The notes beneath the pieces were generated by a model. The model worked only from the letters and a program-made list of their open reading frames with translations. It had not been told where the DNA came from and did not search any database. The position numbers and the translations under genes are program-made. From an uncultured Gemmatimonadales bacterium (GTDB taxonomy: Bacteria; Gemmatimonadota; Gemmatimonadetes; Gemmatimonadales; GWC2-71-9), in the NCBI GenBank assembly GCA_963728915.1, contig CAVSLV010000001.1, forward strand, positions 736,001 to 800,000: a stretch of DNA of 64,000 bases. Reading direction: 5' to 3'. Numbering within the stretch: position 1 is the stretch's first letter; each line of letters begins with the position of its first letter. Below, one piece after another: positions 48,915-61,065 of the stretch.

Positions 48915-49219
48915 GTGGCGTGCTGGGGTATCTCGGTCTCGGTATCCGGGCCGGGAGCGTCGTAGTTGGAGTGGACGCGGTCCGCCGGTCCCTGCAGGCG
49001 CGGGAAATCCGGTGCATCGTCGTCGCGCGGGATATCAGTCAGCGAGCTCGGGAGAAGGTGGTTCGGCTCGCGACCTCCCTGGGGATCCCCCAGGTGGAGG
49101 GCCCCCGGGCGGAGGTTCTGGGCGCGGGGCTCGGCAAACCGCCGGTCATGGTGGCTGGCGTTCGCGACCCGGCCCTCGCGGAGGGAATTCTGAAAGCAGG
49201 TGCTGCCGGTGCAGCGTAG
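48911..49219 (+). CDS. L7Ae/YlxQ-like RNA-binding protein
   Basis: LGYLGLGIRAG..VVG, LGAGLGK; position between nusA and infB. Confidence 0.85.
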   Translation: MSGVLGYLGLGIRAGSVVVGVDAVRRSLQAREIRCIVVARDISQRAREKVVRLATSLGIPQVEGPRAEVLGAGLGKPPVMVAGVRDPALAEGILKAGAAGAA

Positions 49220-49231
49220 ATGGAGGATTGA

Positions 49232-51982
<2,751 letters not shown>

Positions 51983-51991
51983 GCCGGTCCG

Positions 51992-52378
51992 GTGGCCCGA
52001 AACGCCGGGAGGTCGGGCGGCCCGCGCCGCCGGCCCGAGCAGGTGGGCGAGGTGGTGCGACAGGTCATCGCCGAAGCCCTGAGCCGCGACGTGCGGGATC
52101 CCCGCATCGGACTGGTCACCCTCACCAGGGTGGAGACCAGCGGCGATCTCTCCCATGCGAAAGTGTTTGTGGCCTTTCCCGCCGGCGCACCGGAAGCCGA
52201 GCAGGAACGCGCGCTAGCCGGGTTACGGAGTGCGTCCGGGTTTCTCCGCAGCCGGGTGGCCCGCGCCCTCCCGACCCGGGTGACCCCCGAGCTCCATTTC
52301 GAGATGGATCGCGGGGCCGAACACGCGGCCCGGATCAACGCTCTCCTCGCGGAGCTGCGGCCCGAGTCGGAGGATTGA
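51992..52378 (+). CDS. rbfA: Ribosome-binding factor A
   Basis: VRDPRI, DLSHAKVF, GFLRS, TPELHF. Confidence 0.95.
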   Translation: MARNAGRSGGPRRRPEQVGEVVRQVIAEALSRDVRDPRIGLVTLTRVETSGDLSHAKVFVAFPAGAPEAEQERALAGLRSASGFLRSRVARALPTRVTPELHFEMDRGAEHAARINALLAELRPESED

Positions 52379-52379
52379 G

Positions 52380-53268
52380 GTGTCCGGGCCGCTCCGGAAC
52401 GGCGCCCTGCTGGTCGACAAACCGGCCGGTCTGAGCTCACACGACGTGGTGGCTCGCGTGCGTAAGCGGTTCGGAACCCGCGCGGTGGGCCACACCGGCA
52501 CCCTGGATCCGTTCGCTACCGGTCTGCTGGTGCTGGTCATGGGTCCTGCGACGCGCCTGGCGCGCTGGGCGGCTCGCCACCGGAAAACCTATTGGGGAGT
52601 GGCGAAGCTGGGCCAGACGACCACCACCGATGATCGGACCGGGGAAGTGGTGCAGGACCGGACCATCGCGGCCTGGCCCGACGCGGCATCGGTGCAAGAA
52701 GCGCTGGTTCCGTTTGTGGGCTCGTACCAGCAGCGCCCGCCAGTGTACTCCGCCAAGCAGGTCGGCGGAGTCAGGAGTTATCGCGCGGCTCGCACCCGAG
52801 GCGCCGCGCCGGAGCTCAGGGCGGTGACCGTGAAGGTCTACCGGCTCGAGCTGCTCGATTGGATCCCGCCCCTCCTGACGTTTCGCGCCGAGGTGGGGGC
52901 AGGGACCTACCTGCGCGCCCTGGCGCGAGATCTCGGCGACTCGCTGGACCTGGGGGCGCACCTGGTCGATCTCCGCCGCGAACGGGTCGGTCCATGGAGC
53001 GTCTCCGAGGCCCACCGGCTGGAGGACCTCACCGGGCGACCAGCCGCTGCTTCCTCCCGAAACGCTGGTGGGCGATCTGACCCGGGTCGATCTCACCGAG
53101 GAGGAAGCTCGCGCGATAGGCCACGGCAGGGATATCGAGCGGAAGGACGCTGCTGGAGCTGAGGCCGGACTCTACGACGCCGGCCGGTTGATCGCCATCG
53201 CCGAACGGAGCGGCGACCGATGGCACCCGGCGGTGGTCATGCCCGATGCGCAGGAGGCGGCTCGGTGA
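52380..53268 (+). CDS. truB: tRNA pseudouridine-55 synthase with a one-base-insertion frameshift at about 53034-53036
   Basis: DKPAGLSSHDVV, GHTGTLDPFATG, GTYLRALARDLG; C-terminal region continues in another frame (53068-53268). Confidence 0.9.
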
Positions 53269-54194
53269 GACCGGAATCGAGCGTCGTCGCCGTCGGCGCG
53301 TTCGACGGGATGCATCGGGGGCACCAGACCTTGCTGGCGCGCCTGCTCGAGAGGGCCCGCGCCGAGCAGGCCGACGCGGTGGTGGTTTCATTCGAGCCCC
53401 ACCCCGGAGCGATTCTGGGCGAAGCTCCCCGCCGGCTCACCACTCACCCGGAGCGGAGCGAGGTCCTGGCAGAGCTCGGCATCGATCGGCTCCATGTGTT
53501 ACGCTTTGACGCCCGGATGGCCGCACTGTCCGCCGAGCAATTCGTCAGGGAAGTCCTGCTGGAGCGGTGCGGGATGCGGGAGCTGGTCATCGGCCTCAAC
53601 GGAGGGTTCGGCAAGGCCCGGGAGGCCAACAGCACGACGTTGCCCGCCCTGGGAGTGCGAATGGGGTTCCCGGTGCACGTCGTCGAGCCGGTGATGGCGC
53701 CGGACGGACGCTGGATTTCGAGCTCCGGGGTTCGGACCATGCTGGAGGCGGGCGATCTGGGCGGGGTGGCCGGCTGGCTGGGACGTCCGTATCGATTCAC
53801 CGCTCAGGTGGTTCCGGGCGCGGGACGGGGCCAGACGATCGGTTTTCGCACCATCAACCTGGCTGGGCCGCCCAGGGAGAAAGCTCTCCCTCCCGATGGC
53901 GTGTACGCAGCCCGGGTGGAATGGGGTGGAGGAACGGCGGGCGCCATGCTGAACCAGGGGACCCGACCGACGGTCGGTGATTTGAAGCGGTCGATCGAAG
54001 CCCATCTGTTCGATTTCGAGGGTGACCTCTACGGACGGGTGGTGCGGATCGAATGGGTGGAGCGGCTGCGAGAAACCAGGCGTTTCGAATCCCTCGACGC
54101 CTTGCGGCATCAGCTCGAACTGGACCGGGAACGAGCCTACGCCATCGTAGGACAGCGCCCGGAGACTTCAACGGCCCCGGTAGGGGCGCGATGA
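53265..54194 (+). CDS. ribF: Bifunctional riboflavin kinase/FAD synthetase
   Basis: GAFDGMHRGH, ISSSGVR, GRGQTIGFRTIN, EAHLFDF. Confidence 0.95.
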   Translation: MRPESSVVAVGAFDGMHRGHQTLLARLLERARAEQADAVVVSFEPHPGAILGEAPRRLTTHPERSEVLAELGIDRLHVLRFDARMAALSAEQFVREVLLERCGMRELVIGLNGGFGKAREANSTTLPALGVRMGFPVHVVEPVMAPDGRWISSSGVRTMLEAGDLGGVAGWLGRPYRFTAQVVPGAGRGQTIGFRTINLAGPPREKALPPDGVYAARVEWGGGTAGAMLNQGTRPTVGDLKRSIEAHLFDFEGDLYGRVVRIEWVERLRETRRFESLDALRHQLELDRERAYAIVGQRPETSTAPVGAR

Positions 54195-54200
54195 GCGATC

Positions 54201-56801
54201 ATGTTTGGATCCATTCGTAATCGACTGATTCTCACCGGCATCCTGGTCGCCGTGGCGATCATCAATCTCGTTCCCCGGGAAATCACCACCCGGGAACGCG
54301 GCCCTAACGGCGTGATGCACGACGTGAAAGTCAAACGGGTCCCGATCAAGTACGGACTCGATCTCCAGGGCGGCATGCACCTCGCGCTGGAGCTCGATCA
54401 GTCCAAGAAGGTGTCGGCCGATCCTTCCAAGGACATCGAGCGGGCCATTCAGGTGCTCCGGAAGCGGACCGACGAGTTCGGGGTCACCGAGCCGCTCATC
54501 CAGCAGGTCGGTGGCGATCGGATCGTGGTCGAGCTCGCCGGTGTGACAGATCCGGCTCGAGCCAAGGGCATCATTCAGAAGGCGGCCTTTCTCGAGTTCC
54601 GTCTGACTGACAAGACCAGCGCCCTGGACCGCAGCCTGCCCGCGATGGACCGGGCCCTCCGGAATCTCGGAGTCAAGACGCCAGGGGCGCCCCAGAAACC
54701 CTCGGCGGTGCAGCAGCTCCTCGGCGGCGATACCACCAAGGCTGAGGCCGACACCACCAGCACCGGCGGGGTGCTCAGCTCGCTCATTCAGTCTTCGGCA
54801 GCCTTAGGCCTTGGGAACACTCCGGGAGAGTTCGCCGTCCCCGAAACCGCCTTTCCCCGAGTGGACAGCCTCCTGAACCTGCCGGAGGTCAAGGGGCTCT
54901 GGCCCCGGAATGCCGAGCTGCTTTGGGGAGCGGACCCCACCTCGATCGGGGCGAACCAGTATCGCATGCTGTACGCGCTCGAGGCGAAGGACATCATTAC
55001 CGGGGAAAACCTGTACGATGCCTCGGCCGCGATCGATCCCTTGACCAACGGGCCGATCGTCCGGTTCGAGCTGGACCGGGCGGGAGGCCGGAAGTTCGGG
55101 ACCACCACGGCCCAGCACATCGGCGACTTCCTCGCCATCATCCTGGACGGACGGGTGCAGGGACGTCCCCCGGTCATCCAGAGCCGGATCGACCGAAGTG
55201 GGCAGATCACCCTGACCAATCACTCGCTGGTCGAAGCGGAAGACCTGGCCCGGACCCTCCGGGCCGGCTCGCTCCCGGTCCCGCTCAAGATCGTGGAAGA
55301 GCGCCAGGTTGGTGCGTCGCTCGGTGCGGATTCGGTCAGGAGCGGCCTCATCGCGGCGCTGGTGGGCACCCTGCTGGTCATCCTGATCATGCTGGGCTAC
55401 TACGCCCTGAGCGGCGCCCTGGCGGTGGCCGCGCTCGGGTTCTATGCACTGTTCACTCTCGGTGGCCTCGCGTTCCTGGAAGCCACGTTGACTCTGCCCG
55501 GGATCGCGGGCATGGTCCTGAGCGTCGGCATCGCGGTGGACGCCAACGTGCTGATCTTCGAGCGGATCCGGGAGGAGCTGGGGCGGGGCAAGACGGTCCG
55601 GTTATCGGTGGACGAGGGGTTCAAGCATGCGATGCCGGCGATCATCGACTCCAACATCAGCACGGTGCTGACCGCCCTGTTTCTGCGCCAGTTCGGCACC
55701 GGGCCGGTGCAGGGGTTCGCCACGACGCTGATTCTGGGCATTTTCGCCTCGTTGATCACCGCGGTCTTCATCACCCGCACCTTCTACATGATCTGGCTCC
55801 AGCGCCGCGATGAGGGCAAGGGGCTGAGCGTCGGCAGGATCCGGCTGTTCGCGGGAGCCAACTACGACTTCATCGGGCTCCGGAGGTACGCCTACGGCGT
55901 GACCGCGGCGATCCTGCTGCTCGGATTCGGATTCTTCGCGGTGCGCGGCATCAAGGAGAGCACCGAGTTCACCGGCGGCACCCTCATGCAGATCAAAACG
56001 ACACAGCCGGTGTCGGAGACCGCTCTCCGCTCGGGCCTCGAGGCCCGCGGGTTGCGGAACCCCGAAGTGCAGCGATTCGGCGCGCCCGGCGAGTACGTGG
56101 TCCGGGCCCTCGCTGCGGGAGCCGATCCCAACGACACCCAGGCCACTTCGCAGGAGGTCCGCACCGCGCTCGATCAGGTCGTCGGAACCGGCAACTACCA
56201 GGTGGTCCGCACCGAGGCGGTTGGTCCCAAGGTCGGCGGCGAGCTCCGGCAACGGGCCCTCATCGCCATCCTGCTCTCCTTCCTGGTGGTGCTGGCATAC
56301 CTCGCCTACCGGTTCGAGTGGCGGTTTGGCCTCGCGGCGATCATTGCCACCGCCCACGACATCCTGGCGACCATCGGCTTCATCGCGGTGCTCAATATCG
56401 AGGTCAGCCTGGTCGTGGTCGCGGCCGTCCTGACGATGGTAGGGTACTCGCTCAACGACACCATCATCATCTTCGACCGGGTGCGGGAGGACCTCAAGAA
56501 GTATCCCAAGGACACCTTCGTCCAGGTCCTGAATCGCGCGGTCAACGAGACCTTGCCCAGAAGCGTGCTCACCCACGGGACCACCCTGGCCACCCTGACC
56601 GCCCTGGCGGTCTTCGGGGGGGAAGTGATCCGGCCCTTCGCGCTGGTCATGTTCTTCGGGGTCTTTACCGGAACCTTCTCCTCGATCTACATCGCATCGC
56701 CGGCGCTCCTCTACATCGAGACCCGGTGGCCGGGAGCCCAGGCCCGGGGGCTTCGTCAGGGGGCCGCTCCCAGCGCGGTGCCGGCAGGACGCAAAGCCTA
56801 A
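54201..56801 (+). CDS. secDF: Fused protein translocase SecDF
   Basis: GLDLQGG, IVVELAG, DANVLIFERIREE (SecD); EFTGG, GYSLNDTIIIFDRVRE (SecF). Confidence 0.96.
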   Translation: MFGSIRNRLILTGILVAVAIINLVPREITTRERGPNGVMHDVKVKRVPIKYGLDLQGGMHLALELDQSKKVSADPSKDIERAIQVLRKRTDEFGVTEPLIQQVGGDRIVVELAGVTDPARAKGIIQKAAFLEFRLTDKTSALDRSLPAMDRALRNLGVKTPGAPQKPSAVQQLLGGDTTKAEADTTSTGGVLSSLIQSSAALGLGNTPGEFAVPETAFPRVDSLLNLPEVKGLWPRNAELLWGADPTSIGANQYRMLYALEAKDIITGENLYDASAAIDPLTNGPIVRFELDRAGGRKFGTTTAQHIGDFLAIILDGRVQGRPPVIQSRIDRSGQITLTNHSLVEAEDLARTLRAGSLPVPLKIVEERQVGASLGADSVRSGLIAALVGTLLVILIMLGYYALSGALAVAALGFYALFTLGGLAFLEATLTLPGIAGMVLSVGIAVDANVLIFERIREELGRGKTVRLSVDEGFKHAMPAIIDSNISTVLTALFLRQFGTGPVQGFATTLILGIFASLITAVFITRTFYMIWLQRRDEGKGLSVGRIRLFAGANYDFIGLRRYAYGVTAAILLLGFGFFAVRGIKESTEFTGGTLMQIKTTQPVSETALRSGLEARGLRNPEVQRFGAPGEYVVRALAAGADPNDTQATSQEVRTALDQVVGTGNYQVVRTEAVGPKVGGELRQRALIAILLSFLVVLAYLAYRFEWRFGLAAIIATAHDILATIGFIAVLNIEVSLVVVAAVLTMVGYSLNDTIIIFDRVREDLKKYPKDTFVQVLNRAVNETLPRSVLTHGTTLATLTALAVFGGEVIRPFALVMFFGVFTGTFSSIYIASPALLYIETRWPGAQARGLRQGAAPSAVPAGRKA

Positions 56802-56805
56802 CCCG

Positions 56806-57576
56806 GTGCTCGTCGATTCCCACTGCCACCTCGGCGATCCGGCGTTCGAGCCGGACCTCGCCCAGGTGGTGGAACGGGCCCGGCGGGCCGGGGTGGGGCA
56901 CATCATCGTCATCGGCGAATCGCCCGAAGCCTCGGCCCGGGCGGTGAGTCTGGTCGCCCAGCATGGCGGGCTGTCCGCCACGGCGGGGGTGCACCCCCAC
57001 CTGGCCGATCGGTGGCAGGACGATTCGACCGCCTGGCTGAGGGAGCAGCTCGCCCGCCCCGAAGTCGTCGCGGCCGGAGAGATGGGCCTCGACTATCACT
57101 ACGATCATGCGCCCCGGGACCTTCAGCGTCGGGCTTTCGAAGCCCAGCTCGACCTCGCGGGCAACGCCGGAAAACCCGCGGTGATTCATGCCCGTGAAGC
57201 GGACGCCGACGTCGGGGCGATCCTCCGGAATCATCCCCGAACGATGGCGATCCTGCACTCCTGGAGCAGCGGCGCGAGCCTGTTGGAGACCGGCCTCGCC
57301 CTGGGGCACTATTTCTCCTTCAGCGGCATGGTGACGTTCCGGACCTGGGCCGGGCAGGACGCCCTCCGTCGCATCCCCCCCGATCGCCTTCTCGTGGAAA
57401 CCGACGCGCCCTATCTTGCTCCGGTTCCGTATCGCGGGAAACGGAACGAACCGGCCCACGTCCGGGTAGTCGCATCCCGGGTGGCCGCCCTGCTGGACAT
57501 GCCGGAAGAAGAGGTGGAGCGAGTCACCACCGACAATGCGGTGCGGGTCTTCGGGGACCGGCTCCGCAATCGCTGA
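56806..57576 (+). CDS. tatD: TatD family DNase
   Basis: DSHCH, GVHPH, GEMGLDY, ETDAPYL. Confidence 0.93.
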   Translation: MLVDSHCHLGDPAFEPDLAQVVERARRAGVGHIIVIGESPEASARAVSLVAQHGGLSATAGVHPHLADRWQDDSTAWLREQLARPEVVAAGEMGLDYHYDHAPRDLQRRAFEAQLDLAGNAGKPAVIHAREADADVGAILRNHPRTMAILHSWSSGASLLETGLALGHYFSFSGMVTFRTWAGQDALRRIPPDRLLVETDAPYLAPVPYRGKRNEPAHVRVVASRVAALLDMPEEEVERVTTDNAVRVFGDRLRNR

Positions 57577-57595
57577 CTCGTCGGGAGAATCGACC

Positions 57596-59269
57596 ATGAG
57601 CGGGGTCCCATCCGACATCGAGATTGCCCAGGCGGCCCGGCTTCGTCCCATCCAGGACGTCGCCGCGGAGCTGGGCCTATCCCCCGATGAGATTCTTCCC
57701 TACGGCCACACCAAGGCGAAGATCACCATGGCGGCGATCCGGGCTCGCCAGCCGAAAGGACGCCTCGTCCTGGTCACCGGCATCAACCCCACTCCGGCGG
57801 GAGAAGGCAAGTCCACCGTCACGGTGGGATTGACCCAGGCGCTCCGCCGACTCGGGAAGAACGCGATCCTCTGCATCCGGGAGCCCTCGCTCGGGCCGGT
57901 CTTCGGAGTCAAAGGCGGAGCGGCCGGCGGCGGGTACTCCCAGGTGATCCCGATGGACGAAATCAACCTGCACTTCACCGGGGATTTTCACGCCATTACC
58001 TCGGCGCACAACCTGCTCTCCGCGATGCTCGACAACCATCTGCACCAGGGAAACGCCCTGGAGCTCGATACCCGCCGGATCACCTGGCCCCGCACCATCG
58101 ACATGAACGACCGGGCCCTCCGTCAGATCGTCGTCGGGCTGGGCGGATTGAACGGCGGACCGAGCCGGGAAGATCGTTTCGTGATCGTGCCGGGCAGCGA
58201 AATCATGGCGATCCTCTGTCTCGCCTCGAGCCTGGAGGATCTGGAAGCCCGACTCGGCCGAATCATCGTGGGACTGACGCGCGACAAGAAACCGGTGACC
58301 GCGGCCGACCTCAAGGCTTCGGGCGCCATGACGCTACTGCTTCGGGACGCCATCCTCCCCAATCTGGTCCAGACGCTGGAGGGGGGACCTGCTCTGGTGC
58401 ACGGCGGGCCCTTCGGTAACATCGCGCACGGCTGTAATTCGATCATGGCCACCCGGCTGGGCCTGTCGCTGGCCGATCTGGTCCTCACCGAGGCCGGGTT
58501 CGGGGCCGATCTCGGGGCTGAGAAGTTCCTCGACATCAAGTGCCGGCTGGGCGGCCTGGTCCCCGAGGCCGCCGTCATCGTGGCAACGGTCCGCGCGCTC
58601 AAGATGCACGGCGGGGTCAAGAAAGACGCGCTCGGCGTCCCCAACGTGCCGGCGCTCGAGCTCGGCATGGCGAATCTCGAAGCCCACGTGCAGAACCTGA
58701 AGAAGTTCGGCCTCCCGGTGATCGTGGCGCTCAACCGGTTCGTCTCCGACACCAGAGAGGAGCTCGACACCGTGCTGGCCGCCGCCGCCCGATGGGACGT
58801 CCGGGCTGCCCTGTCCGACGTCTGGGCCAAGGGCGGAGAAGGCGGCGAAGCGGTGGCGAAGGAGCTGCTCGAGGTCCTGGACCGGAAAGAAGCCCGGTTT
58901 CAACCGCTCTATGATGCGAGCCAGCCCATCAAGCACAAGATCGAGGCGATCGCGACCCGGATCTACGGGGCGGCCGGCGTGGATTATCTCGCGGCCGCCG
59001 ATCGGTCCATCAAACAGTGCGAAGCGATGGGCCTGGGCGGGACCCCGGTGTGCGTCGCCAAGACCCAGTACTCCTTCAGCGACGATCCGGCCAAGCTGGG
59101 ACGACCGAGCGGATTCCGGATCACCATCCGGGATGTCTACCCCTCGGCCGGCGCCGGCTTCGTCGTGGCGCTCGCCGGAGAGATCATGACCATGCCCGGG
59201 TTGTCGAAGGCACCGGCCGCGGAGGCCATCCGGGTTCACCCCGATGGACGAATCGAGGGACTGTTCTGA
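57596..59269 (+). CDS. fhs: Formate-tetrahydrofolate ligase
   Basis: TPAGEGKST, KGGAAGGGY, GPFGNIAHG, EAGFGADLGAEKF, MTMPGL. Confidence 0.97.
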   Translation: MSGVPSDIEIAQAARLRPIQDVAAELGLSPDEILPYGHTKAKITMAAIRARQPKGRLVLVTGINPTPAGEGKSTVTVGLTQALRRLGKNAILCIREPSLGPVFGVKGGAAGGGYSQVIPMDEINLHFTGDFHAITSAHNLLSAMLDNHLHQGNALELDTRRITWPRTIDMNDRALRQIVVGLGGLNGGPSREDRFVIVPGSEIMAILCLASSLEDLEARLGRIIVGLTRDKKPVTAADLKASGAMTLLLRDAILPNLVQTLEGGPALVHGGPFGNIAHGCNSIMATRLGLSLADLVLTEAGFGADLGAEKFLDIKCRLGGLVPEAAVIVATVRALKMHGGVKKDALGVPNVPALELGMANLEAHVQNLKKFGLPVIVALNRFVSDTREELDTVLAAAARWDVRAALSDVWAKGGEGGEAVAKELLEVLDRKEARFQPLYDASQPIKHKIEAIATRIYGAAGVDYLAAADRSIKQCEAMGLGGTPVCVAKTQYSFSDDPAKLGRPSGFRITIRDVYPSAGAGFVVALAGEIMTMPGLSKAPAAEAIRVHPDGRIEGLF

Positions 59270-59658
59270 TGGAAATCGGATTCGTGTCCAGCGACAACGC
59301 CCCGAAGGCGATCGGTCCCTACAGCCAGGCGGTCAGCTACGGCGATCTGATCTTCACCGCAGGCCAGATCGCTCTCGACCCCGCGCATATGGAAATCGCC
59401 GCGGGTGGGATCACCGAGCAGACCGAGCGGGTGCTCGACAATCTCGAGGCGGTGCTCAGCGCGGCCGGGTCCCGGTTTTCCCGGGTCCTCAAGACGACGG
59501 TGTTTCTCCGCGACATGGCCGACTTCGCGGCGATGAACGAAGTCTACGCCCGTCGGTTCGGGAATCACCGGCCCGCCCGGAGCACGGTGGCGGCGGCTGG
59601 CCTTCCCAGGAACGTGCTGGTCGAGATCGAGGTCGTGGCCGTCAAAGGTGGCCGCTGA
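59269..59658 (+). CDS. ridA: RidA family enamine/imine deaminase
   Basis: AIGPYSQA, PARSTV, LPRNVLVEIE. Confidence 0.92.
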   Translation: MEIGFVSSDNAPKAIGPYSQAVSYGDLIFTAGQIALDPAHMEIAAGGITEQTERVLDNLEAVLSAAGSRFSRVLKTTVFLRDMADFAAMNEVYARRFGNHRPARSTVAAAGLPRNVLVEIEVVAVKGGR

Positions 59659-59666
59659 TCCCTTGC

Positions 59667-59698
59667 CCTCGCACCTCGCACCTCGCACCTCACACCTC
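59667..59698 (+). repeat. Heptamer tandem repeat (CCTCGCA)x4.5
   Basis: CCTCGCA CCTCGCA CCTCGCA CCTCACA CCTC. Confidence 0.9.
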
Positions 59699-59703
59699 CC
59701 CGG

Positions 59704-59801
59704 GGGGGCGGATCGGGCCTGGTGGTCCGGCCGGTCTTCAAAACCGCGACGGAGACGCCTTCGGCAGCTCCGGTGGGTTCGATTCCCACACGCTCCCGCC
59801 A
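59704..59801 (+). tRNA. selC: tRNA-Sec (UCA)
   Basis: 6-bp D stem CGGGCC/GGTCCG with 4-nt loop; anticodon loop CTTCAAA; long variable arm; GTGGG-TTCGATT-CCCAC T arm; G discriminator plus encoded CCA. Confidence 0.92.
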
Positions 59802-60262
59802 TTCTGGCCTTCACCCTCGTGGGCAGCGCCGCGGCGCAGGACACCACCCAGCTGGGCCGGCCGCCCCGAATCGCGCCCGCGCCGATCGATACGACCCGAG
59901 GCATCCGCCCGCTCCCGGCCTTCTTTGCTTCGGCGCTGGTCCCCGGACTGGGCCAGGCCCTGGTGGACCGCAAGCTCACCGGGGGATTGTTCATGGCCTG
60001 GGAAGGGGTCACCCTGGGCATGACCCTGAAGGCGTCCAGTGAGCTCCACTTCCTGGAACGAACCGGGGCGGACTCGGGGAGACTCGAGCAGAAGCGGCAG
60101 GAGCGGCAGGACTGGCTGGTGCTCCTGATCTTCAATCACCTGTTCGCGGGACTCGAGGCCTTCGTGAGCAGCCATCTCCAGGATTTCCCGTCCGACGTCA
60201 AGCTGCGGGCCACGCCTCGCGGGTTAGGAGTGCAGGCCGCGGTCCCGGTTCGCTTTCCGTGA
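59801..60262 (+). CDS. Hypothetical exported/membrane protein (start unresolved)
   Basis: SALVPGLGQ motif, hydrophobic helices, AFVSSHLQDF; stop overlaps the murI start. Confidence 0.65.
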   Translation: MLAFTLVGSAAAQDTTQLGRPPRIAPAPIDTTRGIRPLPAFFASALVPGLGQALVDRKLTGGLFMAWEGVTLGMTLKASSELHFLERTGADSGRLEQKRQERQDWLVLLIFNHLFAGLEAFVSSHLQDFPSDVKLRATPRGLGVQAAVPVRFP

Positions 60263-61065
60263 GCCCGGCGCCGATCGGGGTGTTCGATTCCGGGCTGGGC
60301 GGGCTCACCGTGCTCCATGCCATTACCCGGCGGCTGCCCCACGAAACCACCCTGTACTTCGGGGATACCGCCCGGGTGCCCTACGGCCCCAAATCCCCCG
60401 AGGTGGTCCGGCGCTACAGTCTCGAGATCATGCAATGGCTGCTGGGGCAGGGGGTCAAAGCCATCGTGATCGGGTGCAACACCAGCACCGCCCACGCCCT
60501 GGACCTGCTCACCCAATCGGCCCCGGTGCCGGTGTTCGGCGTGATCGAGCCGGGGGCCCGGGCGGCCAGCAAGGTCGCACCCTTCCATCCCATCGGCGTC
60601 ATCGGCACCTCCGGAACCATCCGGAGCGGAGCGTATCAGCGCGCCATTCAGGCCCTCGCCCCGGAAGCCGAGGTGGTCGCCAAGGCGTGTCCGCTGCTCG
60701 TCCCCATGGTCGAGGAAGGATGGTTCAATCATCCGGCGACCCGGCTCGTGGCGGAAGAGTATCTGACCCCGGTCCGCGCCAGGAACATTCGCAGCCTGGT
60801 GCTGGGATGCACCCACTACCCCCTGATCAAACCGCTGATTCAGGAGGTGATCGGAGAGCGGGTCCAGCTGATCGATAGCGCGGAAGAAACCGCCAACGCG
60901 GTGGCCGATGGCCTCGAAGCGCAGGGCCTGGCGGAACCCGGAGGCGAACCACCGGCCCCCCGCTTCGTGGTGACCGATGACCCCGAGCGCTTCCGACGGG
61001 TCGGGACCGGCTTTCTGGGAGACCGGATCGAACGGGTCGAAGTGGTCAGCCTCGGAACTGGTTGA
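60259..61065 (+). CDS. murI: Glutamate racemase
   Basis: FDSGLGGLTV, PYGPKS, GCNTS, LGCTHYP. Confidence 0.96.
   Translation: MSPAPIGVFDSGLGGLTVLHAITRRLPHETTLYFGDTARVPYGPKSPEVVRRYSLEIMQWLLGQGVKAIVIGCNTSTAHALDLLTQSAPVPVFGVIEPGARAASKVAPFHPIGVIGTSGTIRSGAYQRAIQALAPEAEVVAKACPLLVPMVEEGWFNHPATRLVAEEYLTPVRARNIRSLVLGCTHYPLIKPLIQEVIGERVQLIDSAEETANAVADGLEAQGLAEPGGEPPAPRFVVTDDPERFRRVGTGFLGDRIERVEVVSLGTG

Noticed and set aside
54201..56801. SecD-SecF fusion as a novelty
   Set aside because: The fusion is well known in many bacteria
59704..60262. selC as an integration site for an island
   Set aside because: No integrase or duplicated tRNA 3' end was seen, and the flanks are housekeeping genes
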